NCBI GenBank assembly: GCA_052279835.1
Contig: CP181291.1
Coordinates: 4,448,001 to 4,512,000 of the forward strand
Reading direction: 5' to 3'
DNA: 64,000 nt
Source of the DNA: Microcoleus sp.
GTDB lineage: Bacteria > Cyanobacteriota > Cyanobacteriia > Cyanobacteriales > Microcoleaceae
Both the position numbers and the translations under genes were made by a program. Every line of letters begins with the position of its first letter. Position 1 is the first letter of the stretch. Of the stretch, positions 39,869 to 51,141 are shown in pieces. Below the pieces are notes generated by a model that saw nothing but the letters and a program-made list of their open reading frames with translations, was not told the origin of the DNA and made no database searches.

Positions 39869-42800
39869 ATGAAAAATGCCAACTTAAAAATTAAAAAGGT
39901 CTGGCTATTTATTTCTCCGTTTTCTTTGTTAATTTTTAATACTTTCGCCCAAGCGCAAACAGTCGTTCCGGCGGCTGACGGTACTGGCACTAATGTTACT
40001 CGCACTGACAACCGCTACGATATTGGTGGTGGCAGTTTGTCGGGGGACGGGGCGAATCTGTTTCATAGTTTTCAGAAGTTCGGTATCCCGGAGGGTCAGG
40101 TTGCTAATTTTTTGACAACTCCAGGGATTCAAAATATATTAGGTCGCATTTCTGGCGGGGATGCTTCCATAATTAATGGTTTAATTACTGTCACTGGTGG
40201 CAATTCTAATCTTTTTTTAATTAATCCTGCGGGGATGGTGTTTGGTCCCAACGCTAGTTTGAATGTGCCGGCGGCTTTCACGGCAACTACTGCTACTGGG
40301 GTGGGTTTTGGTTCTAATTGGTTTAATGCTACGGGCATAAATGATTTTAGCACGCTAGTTGGTACTCCTAATGGTTTTTATTTTGGGGTGGCTCCACCGG
40401 GAAGTATTGTGAATGCTGCTAATTTGGCTGTGGCACCTGGCCAAAGTTTGGCTTTGTTGGGCGGTACTGTGATTAGTACGGGGAATTTGTCGGCACCAGG
40501 AGGTAACATTACTGTTGCTAGTGTGGGAAGTGGAAGTGCGATTCGCATTAGTCAACCAGGGCATTTGTTGAGTTTAGAAATTGCTACTGGTGGCAATTTA
40601 CCGAATTCTCCCTTGGTTGCAAATCCTCTGTCTTTGCCGCAGTTGCTGACTGGTAGCGGTGTGAATGGTGCGACTGGTGTTGCTGTGGCGGCTGATGGTA
40701 CGGTGCGACTGGTGGCCTCTGGTTTGCAGGTGAATTCGGGGGATGTGGCGATCGCTAGAAGCAATCTTACCCCAATTTCTGATTTAACTGCGGCAAATGC
40801 TCGCCTCTGGGCTGCTAATAATCTCACATTAGATGGGGTTCAATTATACACAACTGGTAACTTGACTTTGACTGCGGGAAATGCTGCGCAAGTGCGTGAC
40901 AGTGCGACGCATCCGTTTTTGGCTCAGGCTGGGGGTAATTTATACATTCAGGGCGATCGCACTATCGATATTCTGACTCAAAATGCGCTCGGTGCTTTGG
41001 CTCTGGCTCCCCAGTTTCAGGCGGGCGGCGCTTTGACTTTAGTTAGCAATGGCGTGATTTCTGGGGATGCTCACTTTGTTTCGGGAGGCAATTTTTCGAT
41101 TCGGAATCTGTCAGGAATGCCGGGAAATTTTGTGAGTTTATTTGACCCGATTATTAGTTCTGAGGCTGATGTTTTTTTTGGAGATTATACTGGTGCTTCG
41201 CTGAAAGTGGAGGCTAAGGGAAGTATTGTGGCACAGGATATTACCATTACTCGCCCGGATACTGCCCTCGATATTGGCAATGTTAGTGCCGATTCTGATA
41301 TTGCTATTTTAACGACGACTCCGGCATTGATTTTGCGGGCGGGAGTTCGGAATTTGGCTAATACTCGGAATGTTCCTAATGCTGTTGAGGGGAGTTTAGA
41401 TGATAATGAAACTACTCCTTTAGGTGACGAGGCGATATTTAATCCGGGGATTATTAACTCGACTCCCTTAATTATTGTAGATAATCTTTCTGCTGCTGGG
41501 CTGGTGAGTTTGTCGGCACCGGGAACAGTCGCAACTAGAGATATTAATAGTGGAGAAATTAAGGTCGAAAGCGGACAGGGTGTGGTGGTTGGTGGCCGAT
41601 TGACTTCTAGTTCGACAATTAATATTCAGGCTGCTGATAATATTATCTTGACAAATGACATTTCCCGTGCTGATGTAAATGGTAATGTGAGTTTCAACAG
41701 CAGTGGGGGTAGTATAGTCACTGGGGCGATCGATACTGGGAATTCTGGGGCGATCGAACTTAGAGCTTTTGGAAATGTGAATTTTGGGAATTTACAGGGA
41801 ACTAAGGTTGATGTTGCTAGTAACTCCGGGGAATTGGGAGTTTTGAGCGATCCTAATCTCATAGTCCCTAATACTATACCAGTGGATATTACAGCAACTG
41901 GAAATGTCAGTTTGACCGCTTCTAGGAACTTAACGGTAGGTAATCTTAATGCTGCTACTGTCAATGCTAGCAGCAATACGGGCAATGTCAGCACGGGGGC
42001 GATCGCTACTACTGGTGATGTCAGAATTTTAGCCAGACAACTAATTAATACTGGGGTGGTAACTGTTAATTCTGTTGGGCTAAATTTCATTCCCACAGTC
42101 AATCTGGATGCTCAAACTAACATTGCTACGCCCTCTATTAATGCTCCCGCCGCCACCATTGCTGTGAGAGCATCCAGGGACTTAAATATCGGCAATTTGC
42201 AGGGGGCGGCAGTTGATGTCAGTAGCGATGGGGGCAGAATTGCGATCGGCAATACTGTGACAACTGGAAATATTAATGTTGCTGCTTTGGGTAATGTGAA
42301 TGCTAGAAATTTGCAGGGACTTGCAGTTAATGTTAAGAGTGATTCGGGAAGTATTGAAACTGCCAATGCTACCGCAACTAGAAATGTAAATTTAACCGCA
42401 GCAGGCGATATTAATGCAGGAATTTTGCGGGGAGTTGCAGTTGATGTTAACAGCACCAGGGGGAGTGTTACTACTGGTAATATAAATGCTACCGAGACTG
42501 TGGGGGTTTTAGCCGGAAGGCAAATCACAGTAGGGCGCATAGATGTTAATTCTGTAGGGGGCGATCGCGCTGCTACGGTGAATCTGAATGCTCGCAATGA
42601 TATTAGTGTAGCATCGATTAATGCGACTGGAGGTACGGTGGCGATCGGCACTCCGGGTTTTGTGCGAATCACCAATTCTTTTTTAAACCAAAACGGTACT
42701 CCTGTTAGCATCTCAACTTTTGGTGCCAATCGACAAGGTTCCGTTACTATTAATCACGGTGGCGCTAATACTAACCCGCCAACGCCTTTTTTGATCGGAG

Positions 42801-44486
42801 ATGCCAGAATTAACGGTAGTGCCGCAGCGATCGATTCTGGCAATGTTAATATTATTCCACCAACACCAACACCAACACCACCAACACCAACACCAACACC
42901 AACACCACCAATACCGCCAACACCAACACCGCAAATACCAATACCAACACCGGAAATACCAATAATACCGCCAATACCAACACCGCCAACACCACTAACA
43001 CCGCCAACACCACTAACACCGCCAACACCATTAAATAGATTTTCATCGCTCTTTCCAGGGCCAAACCAACCCTTGACACCAGAACAACTGCTAAATCAAA
43101 ACATCATTTTGCGAAACATAGAAGCACCGCGACAAATGATAGTTGGACTCGAAAAAAACTTACCTCCCAAAGCTATCTTAGATTTCATCCGTTCAAATCC
43201 CCCAAATTTAGCCTTCCTGTCAGCATTTCGCAGCAACATCGGCAGTAACTTTGACCAAGGAAAAGTCTCGGAAGGTATAGCTTTACTAGACAAATCTTTC
43301 AGCCAAGAATACCAACAATATTTCGGCCTAAACTTCCCCGACATTGAAGACGAACTAATCTCCACCGAAGCAACTCAAAAAAAATTAGCAGCCCTCTCCG
43401 CAGAAACCGGTATTAAACCCAGTTTTATTTATCTCTTTTCCCGACCCGAAAAATTAGATTTAGTTTTGGTGACAGCTTCAGGTTCTGTCATTCACCAAAC
43501 TGTGCCACAAGCTAACCACAAAGAAACTGATGCAACTTGTCAGTAAATTTCGGGAAGAAATTACCAAACCGGGTGCGCGGGGAACTACCAGTTATCTCCC
43601 CTATGCCCAACAACTTTATCAGTGGATAATTGCTCCTTTACAACCAACTTTAAAAGAGCGGGGAATTGATACAATCTCATTCATCGCTGATAAAGGATTG
43701 CGAGGCTTTCCTTTTTCGGCTTTGCACGACGGACAGCAATTTTTGGTGGAAAATTACAATATCAGTCTAATTCCCAGCGTTAGTTTAACCGATACTCGTT
43801 ACATTGATATTAGAAACCTTCAGGTTTTAGCCATGGGTGCGTCACAATTTTCTGAGTTGAAACCTTTGCCGGCAGTTCCTGCTGAAATAGCGGCTATTTC
43901 CAGAGATTGGCCGGGAATTAGTTTTCTGAATGAGGGCTTTACTTTGGAGAATTTGAGGCAACAGCATCAAAGTCGGCCCTTTGGAGTTATTCACTTAGCT
44001 ACTCACGGCGAATTTAAACCAGGATTACCAAGTAATTCTTTTATTCAGTTGTGGAATAGCCGACTGCAACTCGATCAATTACGACAGTTGAGATTGAACG
44101 ATCCCCAGGTAAATTTATTGGTTTTGAGTGCTTGTCGCACTGCGGTGGGAGATGAGGAAGCGGAGTTAGGTTTTGGGGGATTGGCGGTACAATCTGGGGT
44201 GCAAACTGCCTTGGGGAGTTTGTGGTATGTGAGTGATGAAGGTACTTTGGGATTGATGAGTGAATTTTATCAACAGTTGAAGACTGCACCAATTAAGGCG
44301 GCCGCCCTGCGAAAAGCGCAAATTGCGATGTTGCGAGGAGATGTGCGTTTGGAGGGTGGTCAATTGCGGGGTTCGAGTCGGGGTGGAGGGGTGGATTTAC
44401 CACCGTCGCTGCAAGGTTTTGCAGATACAAAGTTGTCCCATCCTTTTTATTGGTCAGCTTTTGTGATGGTTGGAAGTCCTTGGTGA
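39869..44486 (+). pseudogene. Filamentous haemagglutinin-domain / CHAT fusion, split by a +1 frameshift at about 43524-43526 (real or sequencing error)
   Basis: TPS motifs NLFHSF and LINPAG in 39869..43546; CHAT motifs HLATHG and LSACRT in 43530..44486. Deleting one A gives ..ANHKELMQLV.. Confidence 0.8.
42857..43030 (+). repeat. Pro/Thr low-complexity linker (CCAACA repeats)
   Basis: PTPTPTPPTP.. in frame. Confidence 0.85.
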
Positions 44487-44542
44487 GTGGAGACAAATTC
44501 CTGAACATTTTCCGCTTTAATACTGTAGGAGCAGGTTTAATT

Positions 44543-45463
44543 ATGGTAAAATATAAGTATGAGGGATATTGTAGTGGGAAACAAAATATCCGACTCGGAG
44601 AAAACTTTGGAACGGCAAAAGTCTATTCACAAAATGCACAATCAGTGCTTAATAAAGCGACTGGATTTATCAGTGCTTATGATTTTACGCTAAATCCTTA
44701 TCGCGGCTGTCAGTACGGATGCAGCTATTGTTATGCCGCTGCTTTTAGCCCTAATTCAAATATGCGGCAGGACTGGGGAAATTGGGTAATTATTAAGCAA
44801 AATGCAGCGGAAATTTTAAAAAAAGAATTGCAAAGTTGGTACAAAAAAAATCCCGATAGACAACCTAGCATTTACATGAGTAGTGTCACAGATCCCTATC
44901 AGCCCATAGAATCTAAAGAACAACTAACTAGGCACTTATTAGAAGTGATGGTTTCCTATCAACCGACCCTGGTTATCCAAACTCGCAGTCCTATGATAAC
45001 TAGGGATATTGATATTTTACAGCACTTTCAGCGGTTGCGAATTAACATGAGTATTCCCACGGGTAGCGAAAAAGTGAGGAAAGATTTTGAACCAAAATCG
45101 CCGAGTATTCCTGCAAGACTTAAAGCTATTGCCAAACTGAGATACAGCTTTCCTTACAAAGAAAATTGCGACATCAGATTTTCGATAACTGTGACTCCAC
45201 TACTCCCTACATTACCAGAAGATGAAGCTAATTTTATTAACAAGCTGGGAATTGTAGATCGGGTGGTGATTCAGGATTTCCATGCAAGTAATGCCCGATC
45301 GCTAATTGCGTCAACCCGCGAGGAAGCATTGGCCCTTAAACAAAAGTACGCTTGGTGGTACAATAGCGAAAAACAGAGTTATCGCAAGTTTAAAAATAAA
45401 TTAATTGCGATGCTCCCGGCGCTTGAGATTATGGAAGGTAAAGAAGGATTTGGGTATGAATAA
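44543..45463 (+). CDS. Radical SAM protein, spore photoproduct lyase-like family
   Basis: NPYRGCQYGCSYCYA (CxxxCxxC), TDPYQPIE and QTRSP. Confidence 0.88.
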   Translation: MVKYKYEGYCSGKQNIRLGENFGTAKVYSQNAQSVLNKATGFISAYDFTLNPYRGCQYGCSYCYAAAFSPNSNMRQDWGNWVIIKQNAAEILKKELQSWYKKNPDRQPSIYMSSVTDPYQPIESKEQLTRHLLEVMVSYQPTLVIQTRSPMITRDIDILQHFQRLRINMSIPTGSEKVRKDFEPKSPSIPARLKAIAKLRYSFPYKENCDIRFSITVTPLLPTLPEDEANFINKLGIVDRVVIQDFHASNARSLIASTREEALALKQKYAWWYNSEKQSYRKFKNKLIAMLPALEIMEGKEGFGYE

Positions 45464-46772
45464 TCCGCTAGCTAACTGGTGGCGTTCCGTGAAGTTTAAT
45501 GAAGCTGTTAAGAGTCAAAATAATGGACTTGCAAAAAAACTGTTAAAACAAATACAAAATTCGGGTGCGAAACTCTCATGGGAAGAGAAGCTATTTAAAG
45601 ATCGGCTACAGCTTGAAAAAATATTGGATCAAAAGAATAATCGCATCAAAGAAGGCGATCGGCATTTAGCAGAATTAGAAATGCAACTAAGTTTGGGGGA
45701 ACTTAACGATTCCCTAACGCGGATAGATCAATTAACGTTGTTTCCAGACGCAAAGTTCATTGAATATATTTCAAACTCATTCAAATTAATAGAATGCGAT
45801 AAAAATATGATTCAATGCACTGGCATTGATGACAAGGTATTTAATAACTTTGAACAACATTTATCAGGTTTTATTAAGAACGATATCAACAACTTGAGTC
45901 GTGAAAGAAACAATATTGATTCTTTACTTAAACAAGCTGTTGACGATATCCAAAAATTAAAAGAAGGACAAGATCCTCAATACAGTTTTCAACTAAGTCC
46001 TCACATCTATTTGATGAGGTATTTCCTAGATAATGTCTATTGTACATATCTAGCTTGGTTCCTGATTTACAAGGCAGGCTTATTACTAACTAAAGTTAAT
46101 ATCCTTGACATTGCAGCCGGGCCGGCTACTGTTGCTTACGGACTAGGTTTGTTACTGCAAAGTAGTAGCGAATTTTTTGAAATGCCACCAATGCACATAT
46201 CCTACTACTCTCTGGAACAGCAAAAAGCATTTCAATATCGGGGACTCCAGTTTTGGCGACAGTACATGGAATCCCAGGCGATAAATGCTTACTTTCGCTT
46301 TGACACTTCTAGTATCTTTGATAGGGACAGTCAATCTAAAAGACTGCCGAAAAAATTCTTTGATTTTATCGTGATTTCTCACTGTTTTTTTAACGATGAG
46401 GAGGGTAGAGAAAAATCCCATCACATTTATAATGATATATTTACAAATAGCCTGACAGATTCTGGTCACGTTTTGCTAATCATTCAAGAAAAAAAGTTGC
46501 TGATACCGTACAAGGTTCGTCGAGTTGATAATGATCGACAAGAACTAGGTGTTGTCAAACAATTTGTTGCTGACTTGGGCTTAAACTTGCTTTGGTATAA
46601 ATATTTATCTTCAACGGGTAGCAGGACATCCCATCCTAACTTTAGAAAATTTGCTAAAGAAAATTTACCTGTTCAGGAATTTATTAGTCCACTTTTTCGT
46701 AAATACTTTAAGTTGCCCTATGACTTAAATTATGGAGTGGATGACTATGTGATATTAGCAAAAAAACAATAA
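45456..46772 (+). CDS. Hypothetical protein with a SAM-methyltransferase-like C-terminal domain
   Basis: ILDIAAGPAT motif I-like segment and FDFIVISH; start overlaps the radical SAM stop. Confidence 0.65.
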   Translation: MNNPLANWWRSVKFNEAVKSQNNGLAKKLLKQIQNSGAKLSWEEKLFKDRLQLEKILDQKNNRIKEGDRHLAELEMQLSLGELNDSLTRIDQLTLFPDAKFIEYISNSFKLIECDKNMIQCTGIDDKVFNNFEQHLSGFIKNDINNLSRERNNIDSLLKQAVDDIQKLKEGQDPQYSFQLSPHIYLMRYFLDNVYCTYLAWFLIYKAGLLLTKVNILDIAAGPATVAYGLGLLLQSSSEFFEMPPMHISYYSLEQQKAFQYRGLQFWRQYMESQAINAYFRFDTSSIFDRDSQSKRLPKKFFDFIVISHCFFNDEEGREKSHHIYNDIFTNSLTDSGHVLLIIQEKKLLIPYKVRRVDNDRQELGVVKQFVADLGLNLLWYKYLSSTGSRTSHPNFRKFAKENLPVQEFISPLFRKYFKLPYDLNYGVDDYVILAKKQ

Positions 46773-46829
46773 AATACATATAATAAGTTTTAAAACAAGT
46801 ATAATTATTAATATTTAATTATTAAATTC

Positions 46830-47705
46830 ATGATTCACAACTCTACTGACAAACCTACAAATAATATTCAAAATGGATGGCACGGCCGTCTAAATTTAGT
46901 CTATGCTAACCGCGATGGCTCAACTCAAATCATTCAAAATCAAATGCAAGCACCCCTGAAAGTGCAGCGTCCATTCTATCCTGAAGGTAAAGAGGTTTGT
47001 CACAGTGTCATTTTACACACGGCTGGAGGAGTTGTGGGGGGCGATCGCCTTTCGAGCCATTTTCACCTCCAACCCGACGCCAAAGCCTTGATTACCAGCG
47101 CTGCTGCTGCTAAAATCTATCGTAGCAGCGGACTAGAATCACAACAAAATATTGACATAAAACTAGAACTAGGTGCTAATTTAGAATGGCTACCACAGGA
47201 AACAATCGTTTTTGACGGTGCAATTTATCAGCAAAATTTGCGGGTAGAATTAGCACCAACAGCGAATATTTTATTGTGGGAAATTACCAGATTTGGACGC
47301 AGTGCTAGGGGCGAAAAATTCTTGTCTGGAAAATGGCGATCGCACACGGAAATCTGGCAACAAAATAGCCCTTTATGGATTGACAGACAATTGCTTATAG
47401 GCGGGGAAACCATGCTCGAAAGTCCCCACGGGTTAGCAGGAAAACCCGTAGTCGCAACCCTCGCTTGGGTTGGCACACCTGTCACCACAGAACTCGTAGA
47501 AAAAGTGCGAACTTTGCCATCCGAGGCCACAATTAATCCTGGTAATTGTACCATTGGTGTGACTCGTATTCCTAACGGTTTGCTGTGTCGATATCGCGGT
47601 ACATCCACCACCGCAGCTAGAGACTGGTTTGTCAGCATTTGGCACTTGCTGCGCTTATCTTTTTCAGAACGCCCTTGCTGTTTGCCGCGCGTTTGGATAA
47701 AATAG
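46830..47705 (+). CDS. ureD: Urease accessory protein UreD
   Basis: PLKVQRPFYPEG, HTAGGVVGGD and EWLPQETI. Confidence 0.95.
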   Translation: MIHNSTDKPTNNIQNGWHGRLNLVYANRDGSTQIIQNQMQAPLKVQRPFYPEGKEVCHSVILHTAGGVVGGDRLSSHFHLQPDAKALITSAAAAKIYRSSGLESQQNIDIKLELGANLEWLPQETIVFDGAIYQQNLRVELAPTANILLWEITRFGRSARGEKFLSGKWRSHTEIWQQNSPLWIDRQLLIGGETMLESPHGLAGKPVVATLAWVGTPVTTELVEKVRTLPSEATINPGNCTIGVTRIPNGLLCRYRGTSTTAARDWFVSIWHLLRLSFSERPCCLPRVWIK

Positions 47706-47757
47706 GAATACATTTGAGTTTTAATGTATAGTTGCCATCCTAACTATAGTAAATAAA

Positions 47758-48084
47758 ATGCAACTCACGACCCCAGAACCAGACAAACAACTTCCCATTA
47801 GTATTCCCCATGACCAGATAGCTGAGTTTTGTCAGAAAAATGCGATCGCCAAACTTTCTCTTTTCGGTTCAATCCTGCGAAGCGACTTTAGATCAGACAG
47901 TGACATTGACTTACTGGTAGAATTTATTCCAGGAAACAAAATCGGATGGCGGATAGTCACTATGGAAATTGAGCTAACAGAAATGTTAGGACGCCAAGTA
48001 GATTTGCGAACACCGGAAGAATTGAGTAAATATTTTCGACAAAAAGTTCTTGATTCAGCCCAGGTGTTATATGTTCATAGATAA
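47758..48084 (+). CDS. MNT minimal nucleotidyltransferase antitoxin
   Basis: LFGSILRSDFRSDSDIDLLVEF, LGRQVDL. Confidence 0.9.
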   Translation: MQLTTPEPDKQLPISIPHDQIAEFCQKNAIAKLSLFGSILRSDFRSDSDIDLLVEFIPGNKIGWRIVTMEIELTEMLGRQVDLRTPEELSKYFRQKVLDSAQVLYVHR

Positions 48085-48406
48085 TAATACTCGTCTGCAT
48101 CATATGCTGGATGCAGCAAAAGAGGCTGTATTATTTTCAGGAAACAAAAGCAGGACAGATCTTGACAATAACCGGATGTTAACACTATCTTTGGTCAAGT
48201 GTATTGAAATTGTTGGTGAGGCTGCTTCTCGCATCAGTACAGACCGTCAAAAGGAATTACCACAAATCCCGTGGTCACAAGTCATCGGTATGAGGAATCG
48301 CTTGATTCATGCTTACTTCGAGGTAAACTTAGATATAGTTTGGGATGTCATTACCGATGATTTACCCTCGCTGATAGTTGAACTTGAAAAAATAATTGAA
48401 TCCTAG
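48071..48406 (+). CDS. HEPN (DUF86 / HepT-like) ribonuclease toxin
   Basis: [23 protein letters not shown] (Rx4H). Confidence 0.9.
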   Translation: MFIDNNTRLHHMLDAAKEAVLFSGNKSRTDLDNNRMLTLSLVKCIEIVGEAASRISTDRQKELPQIPWSQVIGMRNRLIHAYFEVNLDIVWDVITDDLPSLIVELEKIIES

Positions 48407-48449
48407 TTTAATTATACTAAATAATTCGATCGCACTTACCAGAATAACA

Positions 48450-48752
48450 ATGCAACTCACCCCCCAAGAAAAAGACAAACTGCTGATTTTCACCGCCGCC
48501 CTGGTAGCAGAACGCCGGAAACAAAGAGGTTTAAAATTAAACTATCCCGAAGCACTAGCCTATATTTCCGCAGCGATTTTAGAAGGAGCCAGAGATGGCC
48601 TCACCGTCGCTGATTTAATGAGTTATGGCACAACTCTCCTGACGCGCGAAGATGTGATGGAGGGGATACCAGAAATGGTGCATGAAGTCCAGGTGGAAGC
48701 GACTTTTCCCGATGGAACTAAACTCGTTACAGTACACGATCCGATCCGTTAA
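48450..48752 (+). CDS. ureA: Urease subunit gamma
   Basis: [34 protein letters not shown]. Confidence 0.98.
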   Translation: MQLTPQEKDKLLIFTAALVAERRKQRGLKLNYPEALAYISAAILEGARDGLTVADLMSYGTTLLTREDVMEGIPEMVHEVQVEATFPDGTKLVTVHDPIR

Positions 48753-48785
48753 AAACTTAACCGCATAAACTCGCAGGAGGAAAAG

Positions 48786-49097
48786 ATGATTCCAGGGGAA
48801 ATGATTGTTTTAGCAGGTGAAATAGAACTAAATGCAGGGCGTGAAACAGTGCGATTGCTGGTAGGAAATACGGGCGATCGACCAATCCAAGTCGGCTCCC
48901 ACTACCATTTTTATGAAGCCAACGAAGCCTTAGAATTTAATCGAGAACAAGCAAAAGGAATGCGATTGGATATTCCAGCGGGAACAGCAGTGAGATTTGA
49001 ACCGGGAGATGAAAGAGAAGTGCAATTAGTTCCTTTTGTTGGTAGTCGTGAAGTGTACGGCTTTAATGGAAAAGTGAATGGTGAGTTAGATGGATGA
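48786..49097 (+). CDS. ureB: Urease subunit beta
   Basis: [29 protein letters not shown]. Confidence 0.98.
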   Translation: MIPGEMIVLAGEIELNAGRETVRLLVGNTGDRPIQVGSHYHFYEANEALEFNREQAKGMRLDIPAGTAVRFEPGDEREVQLVPFVGSREVYGFNGKVNGELDG

Positions 49098-49257
49098 GAA
49101 AAAATTCGACTATTATAGATAGGAGTTACGCCAAAAACCCGGTTTCTGAGAAAAATCCTGCATCTATGCGAGAGATATTGACAGATAAACCTGGTTTTTG
49201 GCAGCCCTGCGTAAGTCCTGTATTATCTACAATATTACTAAAACGACAGGTAGCGAA

Positions 49258-50400
49258 ATGACACCGCACTCTCGAATAACCTCAATCAAAATCCAAGGTT
49301 ATAGACCATTCCGAGATTTTACTGCTCCATTGGAACCACTAGAAATTATTGTCGGAGCTAATGGTTCTGGGAAATCAAGCCTGTTTGAGTTTCTAAAATT
49401 TTTGACCGACAGTATGGAAAGCGAGATTCCTAACGAAATTATTAAGGGTTCTATCGGTCAACAGATTTTTCATCTTCCCGGCTCAGAAAAGTTTGAATGG
49501 GAGCTTAAAATTGAGACAGGTGAGTCTAATATCTCCTATCAAGGAGAACTTATGGGACCGAGAAGCAATCCGCAAATTTCTTTCGAGCGAGTTGAGTCAT
49601 CTCAACATTTGTTAATGGATATTAAAGGTACTGAAGGTTTGTATCGCGAACCAGGATATGCAGAGACAAATCGCGTATTTCCCAAACGCAATCAACTCGC
49701 ACTCAGGACAATAACAAATCCAGGTTTAGCAACTCTTTATAAACTACGAGAGTATATCGGGGAGTGGAAATTTTACAGTTCATTTAACATTGCTAATCAC
49801 AAAATTCGCAAATCAGTTCTCATTGAACAAGAACCAGTGTTGGATGAAGATGCAGGCAATTTGAGTTCAGTATTACACTATTTAATGACTGAACATAGCG
49901 CCGTTTTTGATGACCTGCAACAACATTTACAATCAGTTATTCCAGGATTCAAAAAAATGACGGTAAAAGCTCGCGGCGGGCCTGGGGAAGTTATCGCATT
50001 TTGGCAGGAAAAGGGGATTAACCAGGATTTAAGTCTTGCGGATTTATCCGATGGTATTCTAAGATTAATTTGTTGGATTTGTCTTTGTTTGCACCCGAAA
50101 CCACCCTCTCTAATTTGTATTGATGAGCCGGATCAAGGTGTTCATCCTCGGACACTCCCTCTTTTAGCAGGATTGTTTGAAAAAGCTGCTGAACGCACTC
50201 AGGTTCTTTTGGCTACTCATTCTTCTTATTTTTTAACTCAATTTGATATTTCCCAAATTGCTGTGATGCGAAAGGAGAATGGAGAATCAAAGTTTATTAA
50301 ACCTGGTAATTCCAAAGTTTTAACAGATATGCTTGATGACTTTGGGACAGAGGAAATTGAAAAACTCCACCGCAGTGATGAATTGGAGCTTCTACCATGA
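49258..50400 (+). CDS. ABC-type AAA ATPase (AAA_21/AAA_15-like)
   Basis: GANGSGKS, LSDG signature, IDEPDQGVHP and ATHS. Confidence 0.9.
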   Translation: MTPHSRITSIKIQGYRPFRDFTAPLEPLEIIVGANGSGKSSLFEFLKFLTDSMESEIPNEIIKGSIGQQIFHLPGSEKFEWELKIETGESNISYQGELMGPRSNPQISFERVESSQHLLMDIKGTEGLYREPGYAETNRVFPKRNQLALRTITNPGLATLYKLREYIGEWKFYSSFNIANHKIRKSVLIEQEPVLDEDAGNLSSVLHYLMTEHSAVFDDLQQHLQSVIPGFKKMTVKARGGPGEVIAFWQEKGINQDLSLADLSDGILRLICWICLCLHPKPPSLICIDEPDQGVHPRTLPLLAGLFEKAAERTQVLLATHSSYFLTQFDISQIAVMRKENGESKFIKPGNSKVLTDMLDDFGTEEIEKLHRSDELELLP

Positions 50401-51035
50401 AGGTAATTATCTATGTAGAAGGGGGATCAGATAAGAATGCAATGGAAGCATTGTTAGTGAATTTGATTGACAAAAAATCTGAAGAAGGTGTCAGTATAGA
50501 GTTTTTTGCAATCAAAGGACCTAAGAATGATAGGGGAGGTGACGCTAAAAAAGAGTTGCTGCTGAATGCTCCAACAAAAGCTGTTAATATTCTTTGCAAT
50601 AATCCGAACTCAATTGCAATTATTTTACCAGACTTATATCCTAGGAATAAAGGGTTTCCCCATGAGACTTTTCAACAGCTAGAAGCGGGAATTATGAAGA
50701 ATTTTTCTCACGCATTACAAAAGAAACGTATTCAGGATGAACGTCTCAAAGAACGCTTCAAAGTTTTTTGTTTTAAATACGAAATGGAAGCTTTGATTTT
50801 GGCGGCTGAATCTGCATTACGAGATAAACTAGGAGTTACTTCTCTAGCTGTCACCTGGACAATACCAGTAGAAGACCAAAATCACGATCGCCCCCCCTCG
50901 GAAATTGTAGAGCAACTTTTCCGAGATTCTGGCAAAAAATACAATAAAAAAGTGGACCCACAATTGATACTACGGAAGACTTCATATCAAGAAATTGCCG
51001 ATAAATGTACTCAATGTTTCAAACCATTTGTTTAG
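50397..51035 (+). CDS. DUF4276 family (TOPRIM-like) protein
   Basis: IYVEGGSD, YEMEALILA and YNKKVD; ATGA overlap with the ATPase. Confidence 0.75.
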   Translation: MKVIIYVEGGSDKNAMEALLVNLIDKKSEEGVSIEFFAIKGPKNDRGGDAKKELLLNAPTKAVNILCNNPNSIAIILPDLYPRNKGFPHETFQQLEAGIMKNFSHALQKKRIQDERLKERFKVFCFKYEMEALILAAESALRDKLGVTSLAVTWTIPVEDQNHDRPPSEIVEQLFRDSGKKYNKKVDPQLILRKTSYQEIADKCTQCFKPFV

Positions 51036-51141
51036 TTTATAGAAGGTATACACACGGAAAAATTTTAGCATAAATCAATGTATACTCAAGCATTGGGGCA
51101 ATGACAAAAATTCTAGAAAATCTGATGAGGAGCTAATTAAT

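Noticed and set aside
42852..43079. Val/Leu-rich or Trp/Cys-rich minus-strand ORFs
   Set aside because: They are antisense readings of the Pro/Thr linker.
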